Below are positions 20,208 through 30,800 of a DNA stretch of 64,000 nt, one piece after another. This stretch comes from an uncultured Poribacteria bacterium (GTDB lineage: Bacteria > Poribacteria > WGA-4E > WGA-3G): contig OX638316.1 of NCBI GenBank assembly GCA_951812525.1, positions 1,064,506 to 1,128,505 of the forward strand, in the 5' to 3' direction. The notes below the pieces were generated by a model that worked only from the letters and a program-made list of their open reading frames with translations, did not search any database and was not told the origin of the DNA. Positions within the stretch are counted from its first letter, which is position 1; each line of letters opens with the position of its first letter. The position numbers and the translations under genes are program-made.

Positions 20208-20307
20208 TAGTTATCGGTTTTCAGTTATCAGTTTTCTAATGATTATGAGTTGTCAATTTGCAGTTCAAGCAGCCAGTTGCCTCGAAGCACTGAAAACCGA
20301 CAACTAT
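20208..20307. repeat. Heptamer-based inverted-repeat element
   Basis: Tandem (A/G)GTT(A/T/G)TC units on the left and complementary ACTGAAA/ACCGACAAC units on the right. Related copies at 11861, 26385, 33625 and 38934. Confidence 0.65.
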
Positions 20308-20309
20308 TC

Positions 20310-22025
20310 TTACGAATTTCTTCGCTGCACGACTGCCCGTAAACCGACGAGCAAGCCGAGAGAAAGAATGGCGATCAAAGGCGGATAAACGAACCGCCTC
20401 GAAGACGGCATCGGTTCAAGGACAAAAGTATACCAACTCGTCATGACCCGTTTTGTGCCAATATCGCCGTTTGAACCGTCCCATGCGGAGAAAGCAATAG
20501 GCACGAAAACACCGGGGTCAAGTTGTAAGTCCTTTTTGTCATTGGTCTTCAAGACACGTTTCACCCATAATTTATATCGTCCGTCCGTATAAGTGCCAGT
20601 TACCTGCAAATCGCCTTGCACTTCTTGGACTTGAACATTATCAACACCCTTAGCAGTAAGCTCTGTCACCTGCTCAGGTGCAGAGGCTTTCCAGTGCCAG
20701 AGATAGACCGGAAGTCTCCCACCATATAAGAAATAGGGCTTCGGAGCAGTCGGACCTTGTGGCACCTTTACAGGAAATTGAATCGCTAAAGCGTCTTCAA
20801 GGGTCTCGCCTGTTTCCTCATCCGTCTCATCAACGGTGTGAGTGCGGTCATCCCATGTAAAGAGGAAAGCGACCTCTGTGTCGTTGTAAAACGATTTGAC
20901 GTTCACGGCATCAATCGTTGGGTTAAACTGTCGCGGCTCAATGACCACCTGCCCGACGAGAGGGAAGTATCTGGCTTCAAATGTTTCCCATGCAGTGTCA
21001 TCAATAGTAGGCAAGGCACCTTGAACGTATTGTGAACGGAGCACGCTATTTCCGATAGCCGGCTCCGGGCGTTCTTCAGGCATAAGAGATTTCACATAGT
21101 TTGCCAGATGCCAGCTCTTTTCATAGACGACCTTCATCGCATCATCATAAGTCTGTTGCTCATCTGTGCTCAACTCCATACCTTCCGTCCGATTGAGGGC
21201 AACATCAACAGCGGCATCCATTTTTTCGTAAAACAGTCCGGATTCCTCTTCCTCCGCCTCCGTCATTTCGTCTTTGTTCTCTAATTCAGTGAGGCGTTTG
21301 GACTCCTCGGATGTCAATCCGAAATGCAGGAAACTATCACCTTCAAATGCAGGCATAGGTGAACCTGCGATGCCACCGATGAATCGCTTGAAGATGTCTT
21401 CGGTGTCAAATCCACCTCGGTAATTCCAACCTTGGGTCAGATTTGCGGGCCATGTTTGGAAACCCCATTCATCAGTTAGCGTAGGGGCAGATGTGCCATC
21501 GCCTCGTCCAATGTTACCGTGGCATTCGATACAACCGAGATCCGTATAAAGACCTTTTCCGATCTCAACACTTTCTTCAGAATAGGAGATTTTGTCTGCT
21601 AAAGTAATTTCCCTCGGCGAAGCCTCACGTTCTTTGAAACCTTCATGGAACGTTTTGATATAGGCGACCAGTTCCCAGCGATCGTCAGCATTTAGGGAAG
21701 TTTCCCATCCGGGCATCGACGAACCGGGCATCCCTTCGGTAATAATGTCGTAGAGGTCCTGATCCGTTGGCAGTTCCCCGGCTTCTGTAGAACGAATCTT
21801 ATACAAACCACGCGTGAAATCTCTGGGTCTTGGAAGTAGGTTCTCAGCAGCCGATCCGTCACCCCTGCCTTCTGTCCCGTGGCAGTGTGCGCAGCTTTCC
21901 TCATAAACCTCTTTTCCTCTCTCGGAAGCCTCTGGAGCATCCTGTGCGTCTGTTACGACAGAGGGAAGTGAGCCTACTACTATTCCGATAATCAGCATCA
22001 AAAAGGCAATGTTTCTGTTTTTCAT
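20310..22025 (-). CDS. Diheme cytochrome c fused to an ethylbenzene dehydrogenase gamma-like (DOMON) domain, C-terminal TM anchor
   Basis: CAHCH, CIECH, PRDFT, GSSMP; DALAIQFP...KPYFLYG...YLWHW...AFSAWDGS...K. Confidence 0.8.
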   Translation of the reverse strand: MKNRNIAFLMLIIGIVVGSLPSVVTDAQDAPEASERGKEVYEESCAHCHGTEGRGDGSAAENLLPRPRDFTRGLYKIRSTEAGELPTDQDLYDIITEGMPGSSMPGWETSLNADDRWELVAYIKTFHEGFKEREASPREITLADKISYSEESVEIGKGLYTDLGCIECHGNIGRGDGTSAPTLTDEWGFQTWPANLTQGWNYRGGFDTEDIFKRFIGGIAGSPMPAFEGDSFLHFGLTSEESKRLTELENKDEMTEAEEEESGLFYEKMDAAVDVALNRTEGMELSTDEQQTYDDAMKVVYEKSWHLANYVKSLMPEERPEPAIGNSVLRSQYVQGALPTIDDTAWETFEARYFPLVGQVVIEPRQFNPTIDAVNVKSFYNDTEVAFLFTWDDRTHTVDETDEETGETLEDALAIQFPVKVPQGPTAPKPYFLYGGRLPVYLWHWKASAPEQVTELTAKGVDNVQVQEVQGDLQVTGTYTDGRYKLWVKRVLKTNDKKDLQLDPGVFVPIAFSAWDGSNGDIGTKRVMTSWYTFVLEPMPSSRRFVYPPLIAILSLGLLVGLRAVVQRRNS

Positions 22026-22027
22026 TT

Positions 22028-22804
22028 TTAGTGTGCCTCCCCGAAGGTCCGCGGCTGATAACCGGTGTAATCAGATAAAAAGAGAATAACGTCCCAAATT
22101 TCGTCTTGCGTCAAGTAGTCTTCCCAGATGGGCATCGCGGAATCCCATGGCGCACCAGCAGCGGGTAACCCGGGTCCACCCTTGCTAATTCGCCAAAAGA
22201 AGAAAGATTCTTGGAAGTTCGGGATAATCCCTGGATCTTGGAAGTTCGCTGGAAGCGGTTGGAGATAGGGCGCGAAATGCCCTTGACCATCAAGATGATC
22301 TCCGTGGCAGTAAAAACAATTCTGATAATAGACCCGTCTTCCGTTCTCCACATGTGCCTTGAATGCCTCTGGATCATCCTTTTCATAATGTCGGAAGGGG
22401 TTCACGACATCTTGCATTGTGCCGATAACCTCATCCTTATAGGTCAATTCAAGTGGTGGCGATGGGTGTGCGTCCCGTGGGCTTCCCGGTGGACTCGCTC
22501 GTTGTGCGATGATCGAGTAGGTATAACCCAATAGAAACAGTGGGATTAACACAGCGATAACGCGACGGCGAATACGACGCCTGTCATCCACGAGCGTTTC
22601 ACGGATGGGCCGCAGGAACTCCTGAAAGAGTGAGTCCTCGACGGAGATATGCACCAAGATGGCGATTATAATCAACCCCATATACATTGCAATCACGCTT
22701 GCTGGTATCGGTACTGACACAACGCCTCCAATGCCGAAGCGCAGCACGAGCCAAGAACCGACTAGGATTATAAGACATATTGTGAAGAGCGACAGCCTTT
22801 TCAT
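22028..22804 (-). CDS. Membrane-bound monoheme cytochrome c
   Basis: 3 N-terminal TM helices, CFYCHG, FWRISKGG, SAMP. Confidence 0.85.
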   Translation of the reverse strand: MKRLSLFTICLIILVGSWLVLRFGIGGVVSVPIPASVIAMYMGLIIIAILVHISVEDSLFQEFLRPIRETLVDDRRRIRRRVIAVLIPLFLLGYTYSIIAQRASPPGSPRDAHPSPPLELTYKDEVIGTMQDVVNPFRHYEKDDPEAFKAHVENGRRVYYQNCFYCHGDHLDGQGHFAPYLQPLPANFQDPGIIPNFQESFFFWRISKGGPGLPAAGAPWDSAMPIWEDYLTQDEIWDVILFLSDYTGYQPRTFGEAH

Positions 22805-22820
22805 GGTGTATTTTCCTCCT

Positions 22821-22849
22821 CTACACAGATGTCGCCCCTACGGGGCTGA
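22821..22849. repeat. REP-like palindrome
   Basis: CTACACAGATGTCGCCCCTACGGGGCTGA. Confidence 0.5.
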
Positions 22850-22880
22850 AGTAAAGAATTTGTTTTTTCACAGTTGTTTG

Positions 22881-24389
22881 TTATTCGGCGGAAGCGTCAT
22901 CTGTCTCTGCTGGTACTGCTTCCGCTGTCGCACCAGTGAGTGTGCTTAAGAAAGAGAGCAAATTAGCCATATCCGACACGGATAGGAGTAACGGGAAGTT
23001 CTCAGGCATCGGTGAAGTAACCAGTAATTTTTTACCAGAGGCGCGAGTAAAAGTAGCCTCGTTTAAATCAAACGGATCAAATATCTCTTCGCTCCCGTCA
23101 ACGATTAAGACGATTTCGTCGTCGTCCATCGTTCCTGAAACATACTCGCCAACAATTTCCTCGTCATCAAAATCGATAAGGGTCATCTGGCTTTTGACAT
23201 CCGTCTTAGAGAACGTCTTATCTTCACCGTTAACTTTAAGGGTAACCGTCTCGTCGGTTTCTGAAACGATTTCCCCAGTAACCGGTGCGTCCGCATCTGT
23301 GGGCGTTAGCGTCAAAGTAAAGTAACCTTTCGCTTGCAGATCGGTGAGTTCCTCAATCGGTTCCTCGTCAAGTTCACTCAGCAAGATCGTGTGCTCCTCT
23401 TCGACACCATCCGCAGTTTTGGTTCGGACGACAATCTGTTCTGTATCTTGTGAGACAAGCGTTCCTTGGTAAGTTGTTCCGTTGGCACTAACGGTAACAG
23501 CACCGTAACCACTTACAATTTGCGCACTCGGCATCAAGACCGATTCCTCAAGATACCGCAGGTCGTTAAAGGCAGCAATTTCAGAGAGGTCTGGCGCAGT
23601 GACGACTTCAAAGTCTGTAGTAGTTGCACCCGCTGCTGGACTTTCTATTCCCTGTACTGCGTGACAAGAGATACACGCAGCACTCACAAAAACTTTCTTA
23701 CCCTGTTCTGCGTCGCCAGTGAGTAAGGGTGGAAGGGCTGCAGCGGCTACTGCGCTGTCTGCTCTATCTATAGGCTCATCATACGGTGTCGGATCAATCT
23801 CGCCGCCTTGGCTCTGGAGGTAAGCGATAACAGCCTCAATCTCTAATTTAGAGAGAGCGATAGGTGCCTTCCAAATCTCCGGCATAATTTTGCCGTATCC
23901 GGGAACAAGATATTTATCGGGTTCATAAAGCGATTCAATAAGATACGTCTTTCCATCCATACCGGGTACGCGGCTCGCTGCATTAATGCCGATGTCTGTT
24001 AGATCCGGACATCTCCCTTTCGGTGCGGAGGTATCAACGGTATGACACGCGCTACACTGCCCCTTGCCATTAAACACCAATGCCCCTTGCTCAGCGACTG
24101 CATCCGGGTCGCTCCAATCGAGGGAGGTTAAATTCACCGCTGTGGAACTTTCGGGAACAAGGCTTGCGACAAAGGCGTAAAACCATATCACGGCAAGTGA
24201 GAACGTCAACAATTTCATGACGTTGGACCACAAGACGATGTTTATGATCACCGAGATGAGAAACCAAACCGACCAAGGCAGTAGGTTCTCTGAAGCAATC
24301 GGAAATGCAGATGCTCCAGCAATATAGGCGATGAAACTCACCACCATTAAGATTAGACTCGCAATTTTTATGAGCGTATTTTTCGACAT
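22881..24389 (-). CDS. Membrane-bound diheme cytochrome c, acidic, with repeated beta modules
   Basis: TM helices, CSACH, CISCH, YLIESL..P/YLEESV..P, distal MP motifs. Confidence 0.85.
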   Translation of the reverse strand: MSKNTLIKIASLILMVVSFIAYIAGASAFPIASENLLPWSVWFLISVIINIVLWSNVMKLLTFSLAVIWFYAFVASLVPESSTAVNLTSLDWSDPDAVAEQGALVFNGKGQCSACHTVDTSAPKGRCPDLTDIGINAASRVPGMDGKTYLIESLYEPDKYLVPGYGKIMPEIWKAPIALSKLEIEAVIAYLQSQGGEIDPTPYDEPIDRADSAVAAAALPPLLTGDAEQGKKVFVSAACISCHAVQGIESPAAGATTTDFEVVTAPDLSEIAAFNDLRYLEESVLMPSAQIVSGYGAVTVSANGTTYQGTLVSQDTEQIVVRTKTADGVEEEHTILLSELDEEPIEELTDLQAKGYFTLTLTPTDADAPVTGEIVSETDETVTLKVNGEDKTFSKTDVKSQMTLIDFDDEEIVGEYVSGTMDDDEIVLIVDGSEEIFDPFDLNEATFTRASGKKLLVTSPMPENFPLLLSVSDMANLLSFLSTLTGATAEAVPAETDDASAE

Positions 24390-24476
24390 TTTCGCCTCTT
24401 TCAAAAATTGTAGTGCTCTAAGTTCATTATGCAGAATCAGTCCAGCGTGCATACCTTTGGTATGCGTGCGTCGATA

Positions 24477-26378
24477 TTAGTCATCACCCTCAGCAGTAAC
24501 GGCGGTTTCGGCGGTAGCTGCTGCGTCCTGCTTTTTCTTTTCACCCCACAAACCGAGCCAGAAGATGAATCCAACGAGCGCAAAGAAAACCACCATGATA
24601 ATCGCCACAATGTTCACTGCTTCGCTGAGGAGCGGTGTAAACGCGTCAGCGGATGTGTCCTGCATGACCCCGAAGATATGCCACGCCTCTCTAAGCCCTG
24701 AACGCGCATAACCCATCAACCCCATAAGGGACGTAAACGTAATCGCAATGAGAATTAAGACGTATTGTGACCGATCCGTCATTTCTCCCCAATTAATAGT
24801 GCCAGAGGTCGTCGCTCTGCGGTACATGAATATGTCAACGACAGTAACGACTGCCATAACCGCGAGGGCAACCAGGACCTGATAAGGCGTAAGGATATTG
24901 ACCCGCAAATCTGTTGGGACAGTAAATCCGACGATACCGATAACCACAATTGAAACAACCGCGAGGAAAAAGATCGAGGAGATAGCGATGTTACCGACTT
25001 TTCCCCAGCTCGCCGTTGGTGTTTTCCCTGAACGCCGATAAAATAGGAAACTCAAGAAAGTGGTGAGAATAACGATGTTAACAGCCGTATTCTTGGCGGT
25101 CATTAAGCCAAACAACCCAAGATGTGGGTGGTTTGCACCGCCCATCGCGCTCAGTTCACTGGCACTTGAGATCTTAGAGAGTGTCCGTGGGGTCATCCAA
25201 ATTGCAACACAGATAACGATAACGGTAATCATGTAGGGACGATAACGCGCATAGATCTCGGCACCTTCAATTCGTCCCATGCCTGACCAGAGGTAGTAGT
25301 TCGCACCAATAAAAAGCACGCCGATCATGACTGCCTGAATGATAAATAGCCAAGAAAATAGACTACCCATCATGTTAATGCCCATGGTGTTGTTGAACAT
25401 GTAGATTTCCCGACCAAGCCAATAGCCGAGGAAAGGCAGCGGTATCAGTCCACAGAGTGCGATGAAGTTGCCGGTATAGCCCATCCAATCGTAATGTGCT
25501 TTGTCCTCTTTGGTCTTGGCGACGAGGAATCGGAAGGCAGCGTACGCTGCTACAATTGAACCTCCGAAGGCGATGTTTCCAACAAGGCGGTGGATATTAA
25601 CTGGCATCCACGTAAAATTGTTGACGGCATCCCAAACGGTACCCATGAACTCACCTGTTGTCTCGTTGTGGAGCGGCACCATTGTATGGCTTGTAACGCC
25701 TTCCATAGCGGTGTCAGGTGTTAGCGATGGATCAGCGGCTAATTTCTCCTCTATCCAAGACTTCCGCCTTCCTTCAGATAGTACGCCGTATTGGGTTGCA
25801 GGGCTTGTTTGGTAACTGAGCCATGCGTTAGAGACAAACATAATCGCAGTACCGAACACATTCAGAAGCACGCCGAGGAAGAGATGCCATCCCTTATGGC
25901 GTCCCTGCATTTTATCCCACCCGTAAGAGTAGAGGTAGAGCGTAAAGGTTTCCCCAAAGAACAGAACGACGTAAAAAATCATCGTCGGTCCGAATATCCC
26001 ACTGAGTTTTGTCATTACTTTGGGATAGCACCAGATGAGAATGAAGACGAGAACACCACCAAGTAAGGCTGTTGTGGAAAACGCGCCCATACAGAGTTTA
26101 ATAAACTCCTGCGCCATCCGATCATATCGCATGTCCTTTGTCTTCCAGCCGATAAATTCAATGATAACAGCGAACATCGGGACACCGAGAATAAAGGATC
26201 CGAATAAGAGGTGAAGCTGCGCAGCGATCCACGCTGCATTCCGGCTGCCGATCTTCGGGAAGGGACGATATTCTGCCTCGGTCGCGTCTTGGGCAAACAC
26301 CGGGGCAATCGCTAAGAAGGCATAAGCGACCAGTACGCAAGCAAATATGAGATAGAGTCTCTTTTTAGATATTTTCAT
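24477..26378 (-). CDS. Cytochrome bd-like (CydA-fold) oxidoreductase lacking CydB and the quinol-binding motif
   Basis: AQLHLLF (H19-like), FFGET (E107-like), NAWLSYQTSP, IHRLVGN (H186-like), MGYARSGLREAW (GRQPW-like). No QPxKxAxxE motif. Confidence 0.8.
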   Translation of the reverse strand: MKISKKRLYLIFACVLVAYAFLAIAPVFAQDATEAEYRPFPKIGSRNAAWIAAQLHLLFGSFILGVPMFAVIIEFIGWKTKDMRYDRMAQEFIKLCMGAFSTTALLGGVLVFILIWCYPKVMTKLSGIFGPTMIFYVVLFFGETFTLYLYSYGWDKMQGRHKGWHLFLGVLLNVFGTAIMFVSNAWLSYQTSPATQYGVLSEGRRKSWIEEKLAADPSLTPDTAMEGVTSHTMVPLHNETTGEFMGTVWDAVNNFTWMPVNIHRLVGNIAFGGSIVAAYAAFRFLVAKTKEDKAHYDWMGYTGNFIALCGLIPLPFLGYWLGREIYMFNNTMGINMMGSLFSWLFIIQAVMIGVLFIGANYYLWSGMGRIEGAEIYARYRPYMITVIVICVAIWMTPRTLSKISSASELSAMGGANHPHLGLFGLMTAKNTAVNIVILTTFLSFLFYRRSGKTPTASWGKVGNIAISSIFFLAVVSIVVIGIVGFTVPTDLRVNILTPYQVLVALAVMAVVTVVDIFMYRRATTSGTINWGEMTDRSQYVLILIAITFTSLMGLMGYARSGLREAWHIFGVMQDTSADAFTPLLSEAVNIVAIIMVVFFALVGFIFWLGLWGEKKKQDAAATAETAVTAEGDD

Positions 26379-26384
26379 CTTTTA

Positions 26385-26478
26385 TGGTTGTCGGTTGTCA
26401 GTTGTCAGTAAAAGTGCGATTTGTGGAATTCACGTAGTACACAACTGCCACAAGCCTTAACCGATAACCGACAACTAT
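26385..26478. repeat. Heptamer-based inverted-repeat element
   Basis: TGGTTGTCGGTTGTCAGTTGTCAG...AACCGATAACCGACAACTA. Confidence 0.7.
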
Positions 26479-26495
26479 TAAAATCGTTTAAAAAA

Positions 26496-27245
26496 CTATT
26501 TAGCGCGTTTCTTGAAATCAGCACTCGTAAAGTTTACAGCAACATCACCACTCGCTGACACTTCAACAGTTTTGTTGGCTGAACCGAGTTCTTCATGCCA
26601 TGCAACAACCCGGACTTTACCGGCTGGAACATCAGCAATCGAATAGCTGCCAGCATCTGCGGATTTCTCGTATGCATCCGAACTAATCCATGCGCCATCA
26701 GCATCTTTGTAACCTGTGACGGTGAAGAAGTTGCTGTTGACAGCGACAATGTAGCCGGTCATCCAAGCGTGAATATCACATGTGAACTTAATCTCCTCAG
26801 CTTTGGCGATTTTGTGAGGGATGATTTTGCCGGGCTGCGGAATTTGATAGTTTATAGCGTCATTCTTTTTGGCGTGCGAATGGACATTGTGGGCGATCGG
26901 GTCGCTGGAGGTAATATCAACGGTAGAACCGGCAACAACCGCTAGGACGTGCGGGTAGTAAGCGCATCCCTTTTGGTCCATAACTGGATTCTTATCTGGG
27001 ACGGTAACTTTAGCACCACGGACGCGAGCGTAAAGGACAACGTTCTTGATGCCTTTGCCTTTTGAGACAACGAGTGCTTCGGATTTTGTGCCGGCTACAG
27101 CGTCAATACAATGTTGGTCTTTGGTAGCCGTTAAGGCGGGACGCGCCGGTGCATCACCATCATACATTACGGTACCGGTGATGGTGCCTGCGAAGGCAGT
27201 ACTTGCGAGCATTGCGCAAAGAAGCAATGTGACTAAAATCTTCAT
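26496..27245 (-). CDS. Secreted carboxypeptidase-regulatory-like/cupredoxin-like protein (paralog 1)
   Basis: AAGGAG SD; signal peptide; DQKGCAYYPHV, HNVH, CDIHAWM, AWHE. Confidence 0.8.
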   Translation of the reverse strand: MKILVTLLLCAMLASTAFAGTITGTVMYDGDAPARPALTATKDQHCIDAVAGTKSEALVVSKGKGIKNVVLYARVRGAKVTVPDKNPVMDQKGCAYYPHVLAVVAGSTVDITSSDPIAHNVHSHAKKNDAINYQIPQPGKIIPHKIAKAEEIKFTCDIHAWMTGYIVAVNSNFFTVTGYKDADGAWISSDAYEKSADAGSYSIADVPAGKVRVVAWHEELGSANKTVEVSASGDVAVNFTSADFKKRAK

Positions 27246-27391
27246 AATTTGACTTCTCCTTATATATTTAAATTTATCCTGCAATATATTAACACCACAG
27301 AATTTCAGAATGCAAATAAATAGACCTAAACTTTTTTATTGTTATGTATCTAACTTGCGAGCGTTTCGGGAGATACATATTTGCAAGTTAA

Positions 27392-27748
27392 TTAAGGACG
27401 AAACGTCTCTTTAATATAGTCGAGAATCTCCCGTTGTTCCTCATCGCTGAGGTAATAATAGAACGCTGGCATATCGTCCTTCCCTGTGTCGATGCTATCC
27501 AACAGTTGTTCATCGTCATGCATTTCCCACAAACTATTATCCGTTAGGTCTGCTGGATCCAACTTCTTGAAACGACCAATACGTCCGTTGCCTTGTCCGT
27601 TATTCCCATGGCAGCCAGCGCAGTACCGAGCGTACTTGTATTCAACGTCCGACTGATACTTCGTGCTCGGATCAACCTGCTTGCCCAACCATATTAGTCC
27701 GTTGAGCCAAACAATAATCATAACGATAACAACGGCAAGGTGTCTCAT
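27392..27748 (-). CDS. Monoheme cytochrome c, membrane anchored (start uncertain, 27748 or 27820)
   Basis: TM helix, CAGCHG, DMPAF. Confidence 0.8.
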   Translation of the reverse strand: MRHLAVVIVMIIVWLNGLIWLGKQVDPSTKYQSDVEYKYARYCAGCHGNNGQGNGRIGRFKKLDPADLTDNSLWEMHDDEQLLDSIDTGKDDMPAFYYYLSDEEQREILDYIKETFRP

Positions 27749-27853
27749 AGTCCTATACCTTAGCCCAACGGTGTGGTTGTAGGTGTTAGGGTTTCGAGAC
27801 GCGTCCGCTGCTTGCGGCACGCCTGTTATATGGAAGCACGCCCAAGCCTCAGA

Positions 27854-30800
27854 CTAACGTCCCAAGGATATGAGGTAATCACGCACCAGTCGAATCTGTT
27901 TCTCAGCGTCATCGTCAGCATAGCCATCAAGGGGCATGTGCTGTCCACCAACGAGTGGCCATGCCTGAGGCATTGCTGTTCCCGGTTGGAAGGATTGTGG
28001 ATCTTTCATCCAATCAATAAGCCAATCCGCTTTGAGTCGTTCCTTTGCCAAAGCAAGATCTGGTCTTCCCGCTTTGTCGCTCCCTTCAGGAATAACTTCG
28101 CCCTGCGATGGGTGACAAGAGATACACTGTAGCACGTCAAAAATTTGTTTACCGACCTGTAATTCAGAGCGCGTCGGGGTCGGCGTTTCAAGCGTCTCGT
28201 ATGGGAACGGTTCATCATCAAGCGCGGAGAAATATTTGACAAGCGTTGTTGCTTCGTCATCCGACAGTTCAAATGTCGGCATCCGCACCTTGAGTCCATA
28301 GCGAATATCTGACGGTTCTTTGAGGAACGCAAATAACCAGTCTGGATAGACTCTTGCACCTTCCGCTTTCAAGGGTGGTGGTGCAAACTGCTTGGCGTTC
28401 GTCTCATTTAACCCTTCATGTGCGACGATGACATCAATATAATCGCCACCTGCACCTTCAATTTCATGGCAGCCCGTACAGTTATATTTTTTCACCAGTC
28501 GCCTGCCAGCATCAATCCGGTTTAACTTTTCGGATCGGTTATGGATATAACTAAGCGGGTACTGCTCGGGTTGGAAACCCTTCAAAAGGACAGCAAGTGC
28601 TCTCGCGTCTTCGTCGTTGATATTGAAGACAGGCATACGAGAGACAATACGGCGGGTTTGGTAACGCCGCGGATTGGTCACTTTACCAAGCGTCCACCCG
28701 GTCCAACTGTGTTCGATGCCTACCGTGTCCCCGAAGTCAAGCTCATCAGGCATTTTCGCGCCGAATTCTCCGAGATCTGCTCCGACTTTCGACTCACTTT
28801 CAAACCCGGGAATTGTGTGGCAGCCGAAACATCCGTAGGTCCTGACGAGTGCCTCACCCTCGGCTGGATCAACTTCGCCGATAGATTCGCCGGATGCATT
28901 GGGTGTTGCTTGCTGCAAACTCATCAAGTAGGCAACGGTGTTGTCAATTTCGCTATCAGTAAGCCTTAAACTCGGCATACTTGTATCTGGATCGTAGGCT
29001 TTCGGGTCGCGAATCCACTGACGGAGGTAGGTTGGTGTAACCTTTGTGCCGACGCTGTCAAGTGCGGGGGCAAAATCGCTTCCCAAGTCACCAACAGCAT
29101 GACATGTGAGACAGCCAACAGCTTTAACGGTCTCTTCACCGGCTGCAATAGCGCGTTGAGATTCAGAATAGGTTGCACTGGATTCATCAAGATCCGCATC
29201 ACTCATCTGTGCGAGGTAAGCCGCTATAGATTTCACCTCATCAACGATCCGAAGCACATAACTATCGGGATAGGGATACTCTGTACCCTCATCTGTTTTA
29301 ATGATGATACCATTCGCGGTTTTGGTGACAACACCCGTACGTTGTCCACCATTCTTGAGGTAGACAACTTGCGTCATACCATCGGCAGGGAAGAAGTTAG
29401 GCATCGTCGCGTTCGGCAGATACGCGTCGGGTTTCTTAATCCAACTTTCAAGCCAAGTGGTATCTTTTATCTTGCTACCGACTTTCGCGAGCGATGGACC
29501 GACTTTCGCGATGTCTTCAATGGCACTATAACCCTCTACAGCGTGGCAGCCGTGGCAGCCCAAATCTTCAAAGAGTGCCAAACCCTTTGTGAGATGAGGG
29601 GCATAGTCTTGGGGTTCATCTGTTTCAGGATTTACGCCGTAATCTAACATCATCACACCATCGTGGCAGCGGCGGCAATTAGATTCCATATATCCCGCTG
29701 TCTCTTCGGAGGTTCTACCGGTATGCTCATCCATCCCGAGTACAGGGGTAAGCCAATATTCGGCATGGGTCAAAGCGTGTGCGGATTTCGCTGTAAGTGC
29801 CTGTCCTTGTCCACCGTGGCAGAGCGTACATCCGAATTTATCAACAGGGTGTTTTGCGAGGAGAACATCGCGATGCGGGTGTGTCTGGAGTACCGAACGA
29901 TAGCCGGTCTCATAAGAGATCTCTACTTCGCCGAAAACATCTACGTCAGTGAAAGTGAGGGTGCCGTTTTCTTCTAATGTATATTCATCAGGTTCAGCAT
30001 CAAATCCATCAATTATGATCGACTCACTACCTACTTTAACACTTGAGTGTTTGAGACGATGAACAACAGGATTTTCGCCGTCACCTTCTACTTCAAACAT
30101 CTCTTGCGCCGATTGTTCGTAGCCGCTGCTATCGGCAGAAAAGTGACACGTAGCGCATCTGTCTGCAGTATGACTAAAGTCTTCAAGATAGTATTGAACG
30201 ATGGTTCGCGTTTCACGGAACGGATTTTCCAAGAGACTTCCAAGAAAGGTTCTTTTAATACCGCCGACCGAATGCAACTTTTCCTCAAGGCGTGTGACCT
30301 CGTCATATTTTGATTTGTCGGCTTGCAGCGATTGAAGGGCATCTTGCGCAGTGGCAATACCTTCAGCTATTTCTGTATCGGTAGCGTTATATTTCAGTGC
30401 AATGAGGTAGGTACTGAGTGCACGCTGCGGGTCGTCACTATTTTGATAGAACTGTGCCAACGCCTTGTTTTCGTTTGCGAAGGTTGCTTCTGCTGCTAAA
30501 ACGGCTTCGGTCAGTTCACCTTCAATCCGAGATTCATAATCAGCTAACTTTTTCTGCCACTTGTCAACAGTCTCATTGTGTCTACCCTTCGCTTCGTGGA
30601 GGCTATGCTGATATTTATAGTTAACCGCATCTGATTCGCTCTGCCGGAATTTGCGTGCTTGCAGTGCTTCCTCAAGTGCAACCTGTGCGTTCTCCACATT
30701 CTTCGTCAATCTTCGTAATTCTTTCGAATCAGGCTCTTGAGGTGTGGGGAGTTCGGGCAAATTCGACATTGCATTTGCTAATTCTAATTGTGTCTTCTCA

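Noticed and set aside
20310-26378. Nitrite oxidoreductase or a canonical cydAB call
   Set aside because: There are no molybdopterin alpha/beta subunits, no cydB and no quinol-binding motif in the window.
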